Source: Pseudomonadota bacterium (lineage in GTDB: Bacteria > Desulfobacterota > WTBG01 > JAPLJA01). Taken from it: a stretch of DNA of 64,000 nucleotides. The stretch is from positions 4,901 to 68,900 of the forward strand of contig JAPLJA010000033.1 of the NCBI GenBank assembly GCA_026388815.1, read 5' to 3'. Positions 38,967-49,440 of this stretch are shown piece after piece (within the stretch, counting starts at the first letter, position 1; every line of letters starts with the position of its first letter). The position numbers were made by a program, and so were the translations under genes. The notes beneath the pieces are model-generated. The model searched no databases. It was given only the letters and a program-made list of their open reading frames with translations, and was not told the DNA's origin.

Positions 38967-40736
38967 ATGAAAGAGATCGTCTTAACGGGATTTTCGGAGT
39001 TTTGGCCTGCAGACGAACACAATGCAGTTTTCTTGGGACCATGGTGTTTTGCAGGTAATGATAAACATAATTTTTGGGATCAAAAAAAGTTTCTTTTAGC
39101 CCCATCTCCGTGGCAAAGTCCGCAATCAATTTTAGAAGCATCTTTATATATAGATTCATTGACTGATAGAATTATCCCACCTTTATCTAATCTTATGAAT
39201 TCTTTTCATAAAGTTGCATACTCCGAACGTTTCTGGGAAATGTATTTTATAGTTTGGCTTAATTGCTGGCTTGGTCATTGCTATGACCGCTATCAACGAT
39301 TAAAAAATCTTGGTGAAGTAGTTAATGAAAAATTTATTGTTAATATTATTGATAGTGATGTCAATCCCTGCCGGGATTTTCGGGACTATATGAGAAAAAT
39401 GACAGAAGGACATTACTATAATCTGCAGATAATGTCAGACATTATTCGATTTGGTAGATTTGATTTTTTAATCCCCAGTGCACATGCGATATCATGCGAA
39501 TTTTCTAATGAAGGATATGATCAGAAATCTATAAGGGAATATAGGTCTACAACTGAACTGGGTAAGTCAAGAGTAAAATTTATTAAAAAACTATGGGGTT
39601 ATTTCGCACATTGGCCGAGCACCTCTTTGCATTTAGGTAGTATTTACGGTCTTTCCATCGTTGACAGGATTTGCTTGCAGTTTGCGTATGATCCATTTTT
39701 TTTATTTAGAAGAGTTGATATTAGCAATCTGTCAGAAATAAAAGGTAACCGAAATGATTTCATTAGACTACACTTTGAATTTGGAGCACTAACTGAGTTT
39801 GAAAAAATTATAGAGCGCATATTCTTACGATATGTTCCCGAGGCCCTGCTTAATATTTATTATAATAACAATAATAATTTGCCCATTAAATATTGGATAG
39901 GCAATGATATTTATCATTCTGAAAAAAAAAGTTTTAGCATAGCTGTGGTTTGTGAAAATGGCGGGAAGTGGCTATCTGCACAACATGGAGCTGGATTTGG
40001 CCAAACATTAAGCATGCCTATAAGTAAAATCGATTATAAAATAAGTGATGGTTTTATTACCTGGGGTTGGAGCTACAAGCACATATATCCCTCAACTTAT
40101 TATTCATTGCCTTCACCAATGCTGAGCAAACTACCTAAACATAAGCAGGAGAATAATCAATTAATTATAGTGAGTGTAATGTATCCGACATTCTTCTATC
40201 GCTTGCTGAGCAGTCTTACTCCAGAACAGCAATTAAGCCACTTGGAAAACAAACTTATTTTTATAAATAAATTGAAGCAAGATATTCGCTCCCAAATAAG
40301 ATATAAGCCATATTGGTATAATTATGGGGCAGATGAGGTAAGATTTCTTGGCAATGTATTATCCCCAGAACAGTTTCTATTAAAAGGCAGATTAGCCAAA
40401 GAGATAAATAGATCCAGATTGACAGTTATCGACCATAATGGAACGAGCGTTTCAGAGGCTTTTGCCATGAATGCTCCGACAATACTTTTCTGGAATCCTG
40501 AGCATTTTGCGGTATCCAGTGAAGCTACAAAATATTTTGATGGTTTACGTTCTGCGGATATATTGTTTGATACACCGGAGGAAGCAGCTGAAAAAGTTAA
40601 TAAAATCTGGCAAGATGTTTCCGGCTGGTGGCGTCAACCTGAAGTGCAGAAAGCTAAAGATGATTTCTGCTGTCAATACGCCCGCACAGACAAGAATTGG
40701 CGAAAAATATGGGTTCATTTTATTAAGCAGCTATGA
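38967..40736 (+). CDS. LIC12162-family putative surface-carbohydrate transferase
   Basis: FLGPWC, QHG.G, FITWGW, PTILFW, WW..PEVQ.A...FC are recalled family motifs. Confidence 0.75.
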   Translation: MKEIVLTGFSEFWPADEHNAVFLGPWCFAGNDKHNFWDQKKFLLAPSPWQSPQSILEASLYIDSLTDRIIPPLSNLMNSFHKVAYSERFWEMYFIVWLNCWLGHCYDRYQRLKNLGEVVNEKFIVNIIDSDVNPCRDFRDYMRKMTEGHYYNLQIMSDIIRFGRFDFLIPSAHAISCEFSNEGYDQKSIREYRSTTELGKSRVKFIKKLWGYFAHWPSTSLHLGSIYGLSIVDRICLQFAYDPFFLFRRVDISNLSEIKGNRNDFIRLHFEFGALTEFEKIIERIFLRYVPEALLNIYYNNNNNLPIKYWIGNDIYHSEKKSFSIAVVCENGGKWLSAQHGAGFGQTLSMPISKIDYKISDGFITWGWSYKHIYPSTYYSLPSPMLSKLPKHKQENNQLIIVSVMYPTFFYRLLSSLTPEQQLSHLENKLIFINKLKQDIRSQIRYKPYWYNYGADEVRFLGNVLSPEQFLLKGRLAKEINRSRLTVIDHNGTSVSEAFAMNAPTILFWNPEHFAVSSEATKYFDGLRSADILFDTPEEAAEKVNKIWQDVSGWWRQPEVQKAKDDFCCQYARTDKNWRKIWVHFIKQL

Positions 40737-40803
40737 TTAAATATGAAAAGATTAATTTTCAGTCTTTCATTCACAAGTGTGATGATTAACGGGTGAAATT
40801 ATT

Positions 40804-41574
40804 ATGATAGCCGCCTTATTATTGGGCCGAAAAGGAAGTGTCGGTTTTCCGGGGAAGAATCTCTATACCATTCTGGGACGGCCTTTGATGGTTTATCCTC
40901 TGCTTGCGGCACTTCATGCGCGGTCTGTCGATCGCGTGTATGTTTCCACCGATGATGAAGAGATCATGGACATCGGCCGTCAATATGGCGCCGAAATTAT
41001 CATACGCCCACCGGAACTGGCCACCAAGGAAGCTCTGGGCGAGCATGCTTATGTTCATGGCTATAGGTGCATTAGAGATGAGTTGCAAAAAGGTGGCCAC
41101 GATCTTGAAGTAATTGTTTTATTGTTCTGCAACGCAGCAACTATACTTGCTAAAACGATTGACGAGGGAATAGGTGTGCTCAGGAGCCATCAGGAATATG
41201 ATTCTGCAGTCACCGTTTCCTGTTATAATATGTGGAGCCCTCTGAGGGCCCGAAAAATTGGCGAAAATGGACTTTTACATCCCATTGTTCCATTTGATTT
41301 TTTCGGCGATCCAGCCACCTTGAATTGCGACCGTGATTCACAGGGCGATGTCTGGTTTGCCGATATGGGAGTCTCGATTGTCAGACCACGGTGCCTCGAA
41401 AATTTAGAAAGAGGGTTACTTCCCCAAAAGTGGATGGGGCAGAAGATCTTTCCATTAAAACAAATCGCTGGATGTGATGTTGATTTTGAATGGCAGATTC
41501 CCGGTGTTGAATACTGGCTAAGACAAAACGGATTTTCGGAGACTACAACCCCCTATGAAAAGGTAAACGCTTAG
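40804..41574 (+). CDS. Cytidylyltransferase (CMP-sugar synthetase-like)
   Basis: GRKGSVGFPGKN, VSTD, RPPELAT, DVD. Confidence 0.85.
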   Translation: MIAALLLGRKGSVGFPGKNLYTILGRPLMVYPLLAALHARSVDRVYVSTDDEEIMDIGRQYGAEIIIRPPELATKEALGEHAYVHGYRCIRDELQKGGHDLEVIVLLFCNAATILAKTIDEGIGVLRSHQEYDSAVTVSCYNMWSPLRARKIGENGLLHPIVPFDFFGDPATLNCDRDSQGDVWFADMGVSIVRPRCLENLERGLLPQKWMGQKIFPLKQIAGCDVDFEWQIPGVEYWLRQNGFSETTTPYEKVNA

Positions 41575-41584
41575 GAACACCATT

Positions 41585-42580
41585 ATGGTTCAGGCCGTCG
41601 CCAACGCAAATTTCCATTCCCTGAGCGGGAGTTCTGCACCTCAGGATCAGAGCCCCGAATATAAAGAATATCGGCAGTGCTGGGTGGATAACCCTGCTCA
41701 GTTTATCGTGCGCGACTTTCCACTGCACCTTGATATCGAAATCACAAACCGGTGTAACCTGCAATGTACGTTTTGCGATAAGCTGCCCTTATTGTCAAAG
41801 GAACAAATGGGCGATATGGAGATGTGGCTTTATAAAAAGATTCTGGATGAGGCGGAACAGGGTGGTCTATGGGGTGTAAAATTGAGCTATCGGGGGGAGT
41901 CGCTGCTGCACCCGCAGATCGCAGAAATGGTAGCTTATGCAAAATCAAAAGGCGTTTTGGATGTATATTTCAATACAAACGGAATGTTATTGTCAGAGAA
42001 AATGTCCTTGAAGCTTATGGATGCAGGCTTGGACAGAATTTCTGTTTCTATGGATGGCACAGATCCGGTCGCCTTCGAACGTGAGCGGAAAGGTGCAAAA
42101 TATCATCGAATACTCAGAAACATTGAGAATATGATGGAACTCAAGTCAAAGCGCGGATATTCACACCCTAAGGTTCGCGTTCAGTCCGTTCGTTTCCCTG
42201 ATTTGGATGTGGATGGATACACGAATTTCTGGGCATCCCGCTGTGATGAAGTGGCAACGATTGACTATAAGGATGTGAACGTAAGGAACGGAGACATTCT
42301 TAAAAATGATTGGGCATGCCCGCAATTATGGCAGCGGATGACCGTTGAATGCAACGGAACGATCATGCCTTGTAATAATGACGATTTCAGGCTTTTGTCT
42401 CCCGGCAATGTTAAAGATAAATCGGTATATGCATACTGGCATGATACCCGTGTATATCAGATCAGGGAATTACATAAGCAAGGATTATCTCACCTTGTTG
42501 AAGCCTGTAATGGATGTCCATGGCGAACGACACAAATATCGAAGCTCATAAATAATCTTCAAGACAATCACGTGAAATAG
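41585..42580 (+). CDS. Radical SAM/SPASM protein
   Basis: FPLHLDIEITNRCNLQCTFC, RGESLLH, CPQLWQR...PC...CNGC. Confidence 0.9.
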   Translation: MVQAVANANFHSLSGSSAPQDQSPEYKEYRQCWVDNPAQFIVRDFPLHLDIEITNRCNLQCTFCDKLPLLSKEQMGDMEMWLYKKILDEAEQGGLWGVKLSYRGESLLHPQIAEMVAYAKSKGVLDVYFNTNGMLLSEKMSLKLMDAGLDRISVSMDGTDPVAFERERKGAKYHRILRNIENMMELKSKRGYSHPKVRVQSVRFPDLDVDGYTNFWASRCDEVATIDYKDVNVRNGDILKNDWACPQLWQRMTVECNGTIMPCNNDDFRLLSPGNVKDKSVYAYWHDTRVYQIRELHKQGLSHLVEACNGCPWRTTQISKLINNLQDNHVK

Positions 42581-42588
42581 ATTCCTAA

Positions 42589-43680
42589 ATGCAGACTCCC
42601 GTCAAATACCGTAAAGGGATAGAGAAGATTTGGCGCACAAAACCTGAGGAAGATACACGCCTCGGAAAATTGCGTCTTGATAAAAATGAGCGTATATCAA
42701 CTTTCCCGGAAAAATTCTGGGAAAGCGTGTTTATGAAGGTGCGAGAAGAGATGGTACTTGCGTATCCAGAGGTGTTCCCCTTGTATCAAAGGCTGGCAGG
42801 TTTCCATAGCCTATCAGTTGAGAATTTTTTGCTGACTGCAGGGTCAGACACCGCCATACGGCACTGCTTCGAGACATTTGTTGCACCGGGAGACAAAGTT
42901 TTCTATCCGGAGCCGACTTTTGCAATGGTTCCCATATACGGGGGACTATTTTGTGCTGACATGAAAGCCGTCACATATGACGAGGAGTTGCACCTCGATA
43001 TTGAATATCTTTTGGGTGCGATAGATAATAAAACGTCGCTCGTCGTCCTGGCTAATCCAAACAGTCCTACCGGCAAATACGAGTCTAATTTCAAAGTAGC
43101 CAAGATTCTGGAGAAAGCCGCGCACTTTCGTGTGCCGGTCCTGATAGACGAGGCATACTATGGATTCTGCCCACATACGGCAGCAGGACTCATGAAGGAT
43201 TATGCAAACTTGATCATCACAAGGTCATTTTCAAAGATTTCAGGCATGGCCGGATTGCGGGTTGGTTATGCCATGGGAAGCCCGGGAGTTATTTCATTGC
43301 TTACTAAGTTTCGCCCTATGTACGAAGTCAATTCCATTGGAATCTTATTTGCGTGTGAGATACTGGATAACTGGGAGGTCGCGGAAACATACGGCCGGCA
43401 AACCATCGCCGGCAGGGAACGGTTTTCGGCTTTTTTAAAAGGCTGTGGATTTTCTGTTATCAATACGGAAACCAATTTTCTCCATGTGAACTTTGGTTTA
43501 TTGAAAGATGCGATGCTCAATGCGCTGAATGCAAAAGATATCCTTGTCCGTGGGATGCTTAATATTCGGGGATATGAAAATTATACCAGATTTTCTGTGG
43601 GGCCGTGGGAATATATGAACCCGGTTGTTGATGTTATCAAGAGTGTACTGCATTGTAATGATGGACAAAATCATCCGTAG
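42589..43680 (+). CDS. PLP-dependent class I/II aminotransferase (HisC-like)
   Basis: LRLDKNE, ANPNSPTG, IDEAY, RSFSK..GMAGLRVG. Confidence 0.88.
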   Translation: MQTPVKYRKGIEKIWRTKPEEDTRLGKLRLDKNERISTFPEKFWESVFMKVREEMVLAYPEVFPLYQRLAGFHSLSVENFLLTAGSDTAIRHCFETFVAPGDKVFYPEPTFAMVPIYGGLFCADMKAVTYDEELHLDIEYLLGAIDNKTSLVVLANPNSPTGKYESNFKVAKILEKAAHFRVPVLIDEAYYGFCPHTAAGLMKDYANLIITRSFSKISGMAGLRVGYAMGSPGVISLLTKFRPMYEVNSIGILFACEILDNWEVAETYGRQTIAGRERFSAFLKGCGFSVINTETNFLHVNFGLLKDAMLNALNAKDILVRGMLNIRGYENYTRFSVGPWEYMNPVVDVIKSVLHCNDGQNHP

Positions 43681-44571
43681 ATGGGTATGCTTAAAACAAT
43701 TATAAAATATTTTTTTGTAACGGTAGGAATTAACCCTGAAAGACTTATTAGGGTAATCTCAAAGTGGTCAATCAAGAGTACAATCAATAATTGTGCAGAA
43801 GATTATAATGAGTTAATTGAAAAATTAAGAAATATAGAACCTGATTTGTCGGAACAGTATTCGAGGGGGAAAGAAAAATATAATGATTATCTTGAGTTGA
43901 AAAGACGTGCACTCCACGCTTTTCAATGTTCTTTAATGCTCAAAGTTTTGGGGAAATTAGATGCCATGAAATTAACGGTAGTAGATATTGGTGATTCTGC
44001 CGGTACTCATATGCGATACTTGCAAGAGTTAACCAAGAGTAAGTATGAGATAAATACCATAAGTGTAAATCTTGATTCAAGAGCAATTGAGAAAATAAAA
44101 GCAAAAGGTCAGAAAGCGATTCTTTGTCGGGCTGAAGATTTAAACTTAAATATGGAACAACGTATCGATTTATTTACTTCTTTCGAAATGGTCGAACATC
44201 TTCATAATCCAGCAATTTTCTTCCATCGATTAGCTAATAAGTCTGATTGCAATACAATGTTGATAACGTTGCCATATTTGAGATATAGTAGAGTAGGTTT
44301 GCATCATGTAAGGAACAGAGTAGAAAATATTACTTTTGCTGAAGATGAGCATATTTTTGAATTAAATCCTGAAGATTGGACACTACTCATGCTCCACTCC
44401 GGCTGGAAAGTTGTCCATAGTGAAATATATTATCAGTATCCAACTAAATGGTTTTTTGTTACATGGTTATTGAGGAAATATTGGCAAATTACGGACTATG
44501 AAGGTTTTTGGGGTGCAATTTTGGAAAAAGAAAAAACTTATGATGAATTATATCAAGACTGGGAAGATTGA
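43681..44571 (+). CDS. Methyltransferase-domain protein
   Basis: VVDIGDSAG, FEMVEHL.NP. Confidence 0.72.
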   Translation: MGMLKTIIKYFFVTVGINPERLIRVISKWSIKSTINNCAEDYNELIEKLRNIEPDLSEQYSRGKEKYNDYLELKRRALHAFQCSLMLKVLGKLDAMKLTVVDIGDSAGTHMRYLQELTKSKYEINTISVNLDSRAIEKIKAKGQKAILCRAEDLNLNMEQRIDLFTSFEMVEHLHNPAIFFHRLANKSDCNTMLITLPYLRYSRVGLHHVRNRVENITFAEDEHIFELNPEDWTLLMLHSGWKVVHSEIYYQYPTKWFFVTWLLRKYWQITDYEGFWGAILEKEKTYDELYQDWED

Positions 44572-44608
44572 ATTGGCAAAGTGTGAGTTTCTATCTCGGT
44601 TATGATTT

Positions 44609-45484
44609 ATGAGATATTTAAAAAAGTTACCCAAATTTGTGAAAACGATAGCTAAAAACCCTGAGGTGATGTACGACTTTTACAAGTATCTGAAGAATGA
44701 TGTATTGGCACTGATGGGTAAGTTTAGTTATGACTACAAAGTATTGTATATTGCAGGGCTTCCTAAATCAGGCACGACGTGGATGGAAACGCAGCTTGCG
44801 AGATATCCCGGTTACAACATCAGGTATTTCCAAGATCCTGACGGATGTGTTTACGAACATGATATTTGCGATTCGGTTTTTTCATCCCTGCCGAAATATC
44901 GTTACTCAGTTTTAAAATTGCATACTAAATACAGTAAAAGAAACTATGAGACCATAAGAAAGTATGTTCCCCGATTTGTTGTCATGATACGCGATTTAAG
45001 AGACATGTGTGTATCACGATACTTTCATGTAAAAAAAGAAAAGACTCATCGCCATTATGAGCTGTACAACAGGGAATCAGTAGAAGTGGGACTGATGCAT
45101 TGCATCACGGTTATTGAAGAAGAATATGTTTCTTGGGTAAACGACTGGATCAAGGCTTGCAGGGATAATCCGGACAATATTATGCTAATCACTTATGAGG
45201 AGTTAAATTGTTCTCCAGAAGAGACGTTTAAAAAAGTCACTAATTTTTTCCACCTTCCTGTAAGGACTGATTTTCTCGAAGATGCAAAGAGGTCAAATCT
45301 ACAAGGCGAGAGGAATCTGCAGCAGGAACTGGAGAAAAATTTTGGTATTATAAAAAGTACGAAAAGAAAAGGAACAATAGGCGATTGGAAGAATTATTTT
45401 TCAGAATCACACAAGAAGAAATTCAAGGAGATAGCTGGTAATCTGATGATTGAGTTAGGATACGAAAAGGATATGAATTGGTAA
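44609..45484 (+). CDS. PAPS-dependent sulfotransferase
   Basis: 5'-PSB GLPKSGTTW, 3'-PB RDLRDMCVS, C-terminal RKGTIGDWKNYF. Confidence 0.88.
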   Translation: MRYLKKLPKFVKTIAKNPEVMYDFYKYLKNDVLALMGKFSYDYKVLYIAGLPKSGTTWMETQLARYPGYNIRYFQDPDGCVYEHDICDSVFSSLPKYRYSVLKLHTKYSKRNYETIRKYVPRFVVMIRDLRDMCVSRYFHVKKEKTHRHYELYNRESVEVGLMHCITVIEEEYVSWVNDWIKACRDNPDNIMLITYEELNCSPEETFKKVTNFFHLPVRTDFLEDAKRSNLQGERNLQQELEKNFGIIKSTKRKGTIGDWKNYFSESHKKKFKEIAGNLMIELGYEKDMNW

Positions 45485-46278
45485 AATCTGTGAAAGAAGA
45501 AGGTGAAGCGAATATCCATTATTATACGGATGAGATTGCCCGTTACTATGCTGATAACAGAGTAAAATGGGAAGATTTTTATCCGTCGGAAAGATGGATA
45601 TTTGAGAGAGTAGCTGGTCGGGCACGCAATATGGGCCGTATTCTAGATGTGGGGTGTGCTGTGGGCGGCCTCTGGTGCGCTCTGGCAAAGCGTTTTTCCG
45701 TGACTGAATACGTGGGTGTAGATATTAACCCCAAAGCCATTGAAATAGCGAATTCAAGAAAATCATCTTTTCCTATCAATCTCTGCCGTTTTGAGTGTAA
45801 TGACATTCTTGAAATGAATTCACTGCCAGTTGAGGGTTTTGATAACGTATTTTCCCTAAGTTGTGCAGATTGGAATATTCTGACCAGGGATATCATTCGG
45901 GAATGCTGGCGTTATGTTAAAAAAGACGGTCATTTCATACTGACACTGAGACTCACGCCGGAGACTTCACTATATAATATCTCAGAGAGCTTCCAGTATA
46001 TTTGCTTTAAGGATAAAGTTGTAGATTGCATGGATGGCTGTGAAAAAGCACCCTATGTGGTTTTGAACATCCACGATGCATTATTCATGTTGAGCGAACT
46101 TGATCCGAAACCGGTCCAAGTTGTGGCTTATGGCTACTGGGGAAATCCCTCCCCTACTGCACGGACGTTGTATAAGCGTCTCTGTTTTACTGCACTGGCG
46201 GTTAAGAAGGGGGGGCATAACGAACAACTTGAAGAGATAAAAGGGGAATTCCATTTGCCGGTTGACCTGTTAATCTGA
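45478..46278 (+). CDS. Class I SAM-dependent methyltransferase
   Basis: ILDVGCAVGG, YVGVDIN; start uncertain. Confidence 0.82.
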   Translation: MVKSVKEEGEANIHYYTDEIARYYADNRVKWEDFYPSERWIFERVAGRARNMGRILDVGCAVGGLWCALAKRFSVTEYVGVDINPKAIEIANSRKSSFPINLCRFECNDILEMNSLPVEGFDNVFSLSCADWNILTRDIIRECWRYVKKDGHFILTLRLTPETSLYNISESFQYICFKDKVVDCMDGCEKAPYVVLNIHDALFMLSELDPKPVQVVAYGYWGNPSPTARTLYKRLCFTALAVKKGGHNEQLEEIKGEFHLPVDLLI

Positions 46279-46295
46279 TCAGCAAGGAGAAGAAT

Positions 46296-47198
46296 TTGAA
46301 AGCAGTTGTTTTTGGGGGAGCAGGTTTTTTAGGAAGTCATGTGGCAGACGTTCTAACCGATGCAGGTTATCATGTGAGGATATTTGATTTGAAACCGTCA
46401 CCATACATCCGGGCTGGGCAGACCATGATCGTCGGAGACATACTGGATCCTGATGCGGTCTCCAAGGCAGTAGAGGGATGTGACTACGTTTACAACTTTG
46501 CGGGTATTGCTGATCTGGATGATGCTTCCACAAAGCCCTCTGATACCCTTCTGCTGAACGTTTATGGCAATACTTTGTTGCTGGATGCATGTGTCCGGGC
46601 CGGTTGCAGGCGATTTATTTATGCCAGTACAATATATGTTTACGGTGATAAGGGTGGCTTCTATCGTTGCAGCAAACAGGCCTCAGAGTTGTATATCGAG
46701 GAGTACCACAGGCACTTTAACCTGAGTTACAGTGTCCTGCGGTACGGAACGCTCTATGGTCCGAGAGCGGATGGGCGCAACAGCATTTATCGGTATCTAC
46801 GGCAGGCATTAAAAGAAAAGAAGATCAGTGCCGTTGGAACCGGTGATGAATTTCGTGAGTATATCCATGTCAGGGATGCGGCCAGGTTGAGTGTAGAGAT
46901 ACTCGATGATAAATATGCAAATACCCATGTAACTTTAACCGGACATCATGTCATGCGGTTTAAGGATCTCCTGCTCACAATTCGAGAAATATTAAGTGAA
47001 CAAATAGAGATTGAGTACATTGAAATGGCAAACCGCAACCACTATGAGTTAACCCCTTACTCATATGTTCCCAAGGTCGATTACAAGCTGACGTCTAATT
47101 GTTATGTGGATATAGGACAGGGGCTTATTGAATGTTTAGCGGAAATCGATCGGGAGATGCAGGAAAGGTCAACAGAAGATGGAGAAACTAAGGCTTGA
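46296..47198 (+). CDS. NAD-dependent epimerase/dehydratase
   Basis: FGGAGFLG, YRCSK, RYGTLYGP; TTG start after AGGAG. Confidence 0.9.
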   Translation: MKAVVFGGAGFLGSHVADVLTDAGYHVRIFDLKPSPYIRAGQTMIVGDILDPDAVSKAVEGCDYVYNFAGIADLDDASTKPSDTLLLNVYGNTLLLDACVRAGCRRFIYASTIYVYGDKGGFYRCSKQASELYIEEYHRHFNLSYSVLRYGTLYGPRADGRNSIYRYLRQALKEKKISAVGTGDEFREYIHVRDAARLSVEILDDKYANTHVTLTGHHVMRFKDLLLTIREILSEQIEIEYIEMANRNHYELTPYSYVPKVDYKLTSNCYVDIGQGLIECLAEIDREMQERSTEDGETKA

Positions 47199-48121
47199 AA
47201 ACTGTCCTTATCACAACATCTTCCTTTGCTGAAAATTCACCCGAGCTTCTTGAGATCATGGCTGCAAATGGGCTTCGGATCGTTAATAATCCATATCGAC
47301 GTCAGCTAAGTGAAAGTGAATTCGATCAGTTGCTAAAAAAGCATAAGCCAATTGGTCTTCTGGCCGGTACGGAAAAGATATCCCGTGCTCATCTTGAGCA
47401 GGCATCAGAACATCTTTGTGTAATCTCGCGGGTTGGTGTTGGTTGGGATAATGTAGACAGGAAAGCGGCTGAGGATATGGGGATTTTAATTTACCGGACA
47501 CCTGGTGTTTTGACAGAAGCCGTGGCGGAGTTGACAATCGGACTAATTTTATCCGGTTTGCGTTTTATTCCAGATCAGGACTGGATGGTTCGACAAGGCC
47601 GGTGGCGGAAAAAAATGGGCGGTCTCCTTCAGGGCAGAGAGGTCGGTATTATTGGGTTTGGGGCTATAGGGCAACGGGTGGGGGAACTGGTGAAAGCTTT
47701 CGGTGCCTCTGTGTTCTATTATGATCTATGTCCCACCAATGTTTCTTGGGCAACAGCCGTACCACTCCATGACCTTTTGAAAACAGCGGATGTGATCTCT
47801 ATTCATGCGGGTGGAAATGAAGTAATCATGGGGGCTGCGGAATTTCAATCTATAAAAAAACAAAACGTAATCCTGGTCAATACGGCAAGAGGGAGTTTGA
47901 TTGACGAGGAAGCTCTGTATCAATGCCTCTGCAACGGTCGTCTGGGGTACGCCTGTCTCGATGTTTTTAATCATGAACCATATGATGGCCCTCTATGCCG
48001 TCTCAAGAACGTAGTTCTAACTCCCCATATAGGTTCCTATGCCCTTGAGGCACGGCGGCTGATGGAACGATGTGCTGTGGAAAACCTATTGGCTGGCTTG
48101 GAAAAAGCCCGAGCCCTTTAA
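47195..48121 (+). CDS. D-isomer-specific 2-hydroxyacid dehydrogenase (SerA-like, no ACT domain)
   Basis: RVGVGWDNVD, GIIGFGAIG, NTARG, LDVF..EP, TPHIGS. Confidence 0.9.
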   Translation: MKTVLITTSSFAENSPELLEIMAANGLRIVNNPYRRQLSESEFDQLLKKHKPIGLLAGTEKISRAHLEQASEHLCVISRVGVGWDNVDRKAAEDMGILIYRTPGVLTEAVAELTIGLILSGLRFIPDQDWMVRQGRWRKKMGGLLQGREVGIIGFGAIGQRVGELVKAFGASVFYYDLCPTNVSWATAVPLHDLLKTADVISIHAGGNEVIMGAAEFQSIKKQNVILVNTARGSLIDEEALYQCLCNGRLGYACLDVFNHEPYDGPLCRLKNVVLTPHIGSYALEARRLMERCAVENLLAGLEKARAL

Positions 48122-48140
48122 TCATTCTATACTGATTATT

Positions 48141-48815
48141 TTGAAACTAATCTGGATTTCGCATGTTATCGAACGATCAACACCCAGGTACGGGGGAGTA
48201 TATGATACCTTTGTTCAACCTTGTAGCAATATTGAGACAGGCGATACCTGTAATACGAGTCGCCTGACAATTTCCAGCCACGCAGGCACGCATGTTGATA
48301 CACCTTCCCATTTTATTGACAAGGGGAAGACCATCGTTGATTATCCCCCTGAAACATGGGTATTCAATTTCCCTCGGCTATTAGAAATTTCGGTTCAGCC
48401 CGGTGAATTGATCGATCTGCAGAAGCTACCTTCAGATTTATCAGTGAATCATCAAGTGGATTTAGTTTTGTTGCGTACCGGTTTTGAGCAGTGTAGAGAT
48501 GATGAGCTTTACTGGAAAAGTGGGCCAGGCATTGCTTCCTCGATGGCAGTTGATCTAAGCAAATTTTATCCATCAATACGTGCATTAGGAGTGGATTTCA
48601 TTTCCATATCAAGTTTTTGTCATCGTGAAGAAGGCAGAAAGGCGCACAAGGCATTTCTTGGACAAGAGATATTATTATTTGAAGATTTATCCCTCAAAGA
48701 GATCAGTCATTCGGAGAGCTTGAACCGAGTAATAGCCTTGCCGCTGCGATTCACCGGCGCTGATGGCGCGCCATGCACAATATTAGGGTGGGAGAAGGAT
48801 AATGAGAAAATATGA
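48141..48815 (+). CDS. Cyclase/kynurenine-formamidase-family metal hydrolase
   Basis: HAGTHVDTPSHF, GVDF.S, E.L, ALPL...GADGAP; start uncertain. Confidence 0.85.
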   Translation: MKLIWISHVIERSTPRYGGVYDTFVQPCSNIETGDTCNTSRLTISSHAGTHVDTPSHFIDKGKTIVDYPPETWVFNFPRLLEISVQPGELIDLQKLPSDLSVNHQVDLVLLRTGFEQCRDDELYWKSGPGIASSMAVDLSKFYPSIRALGVDFISISSFCHREEGRKAHKAFLGQEILLFEDLSLKEISHSESLNRVIALPLRFTGADGAPCTILGWEKDNEKI

Positions 48816-49440
48816 TGCCGTCATCTTTGATTTTGATGGTGTTCTGGTTGAATCTGTAGATGTCAAGACCCAGGCTTTTGCAGCACTATATGCAGAATAT
48901 GGGCAGGAAATCGTTGAAAAGGTTATTGCCTATCATTTACAACATGCCGGCGTATCCCGCTTTGACAAATTTCGGTATTTTCAGGAAGTATTGTTGGGTA
49001 AGCGTCTAAGTGAAGAAGAGGAAAAGATGCTTTGTGTACAATTTTCCGAATTGGTTGTTGATGCTGTCGTCGTCGCGCCATGGGTACCAGGAGCCAAAGA
49101 ATTTTTAGAACGTTTTTACAAGGAAATACCTCTGTTCATTGCATCTGGTACTCCAGATGATGAAATCAAAGAGATTGTAAATAGACGGCAAATGTCGCAT
49201 TATTTTGTTTCAATTCATGGTACACCGGCAAAAAAAGCTGAAATTATTAACACTATTTGGAATAAATTTGGTTTTGAGAGAAAGCGTATGCTGATGGTTG
49301 GCGATGCCGTCGCTGATTACGAGGGAGTTATTCTGACGGGTATATGTTTTATTGGACGAGTTCAGCATTTGGATAAGAACACATTTCCTGAAAGTGTACA
49401 TGTAATCAAGGATTTATGCATGTTGCATCATTATGTATAG
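48802..49440 (+). CDS. HAD-superfamily hydrolase
   Basis: IFDFDGVL, ASG, MVGDA..D. Confidence 0.88.
   Translation: MRKYDAVIFDFDGVLVESVDVKTQAFAALYAEYGQEIVEKVIAYHLQHAGVSRFDKFRYFQEVLLGKRLSEEEEKMLCVQFSELVVDAVVVAPWVPGAKEFLERFYKEIPLFIASGTPDDEIKEIVNRRQMSHYFVSIHGTPAKKAEIINTIWNKFGFERKRMLMVGDAVADYEGVILTGICFIGRVQHLDKNTFPESVHVIKDLCMLHHYV

Noticed and set aside
42589-48121. Housekeeping hisC and serA
   Set aside because: They are embedded in a glycan operon without other his or ser genes, and the SerA-like protein lacks the ACT domain.
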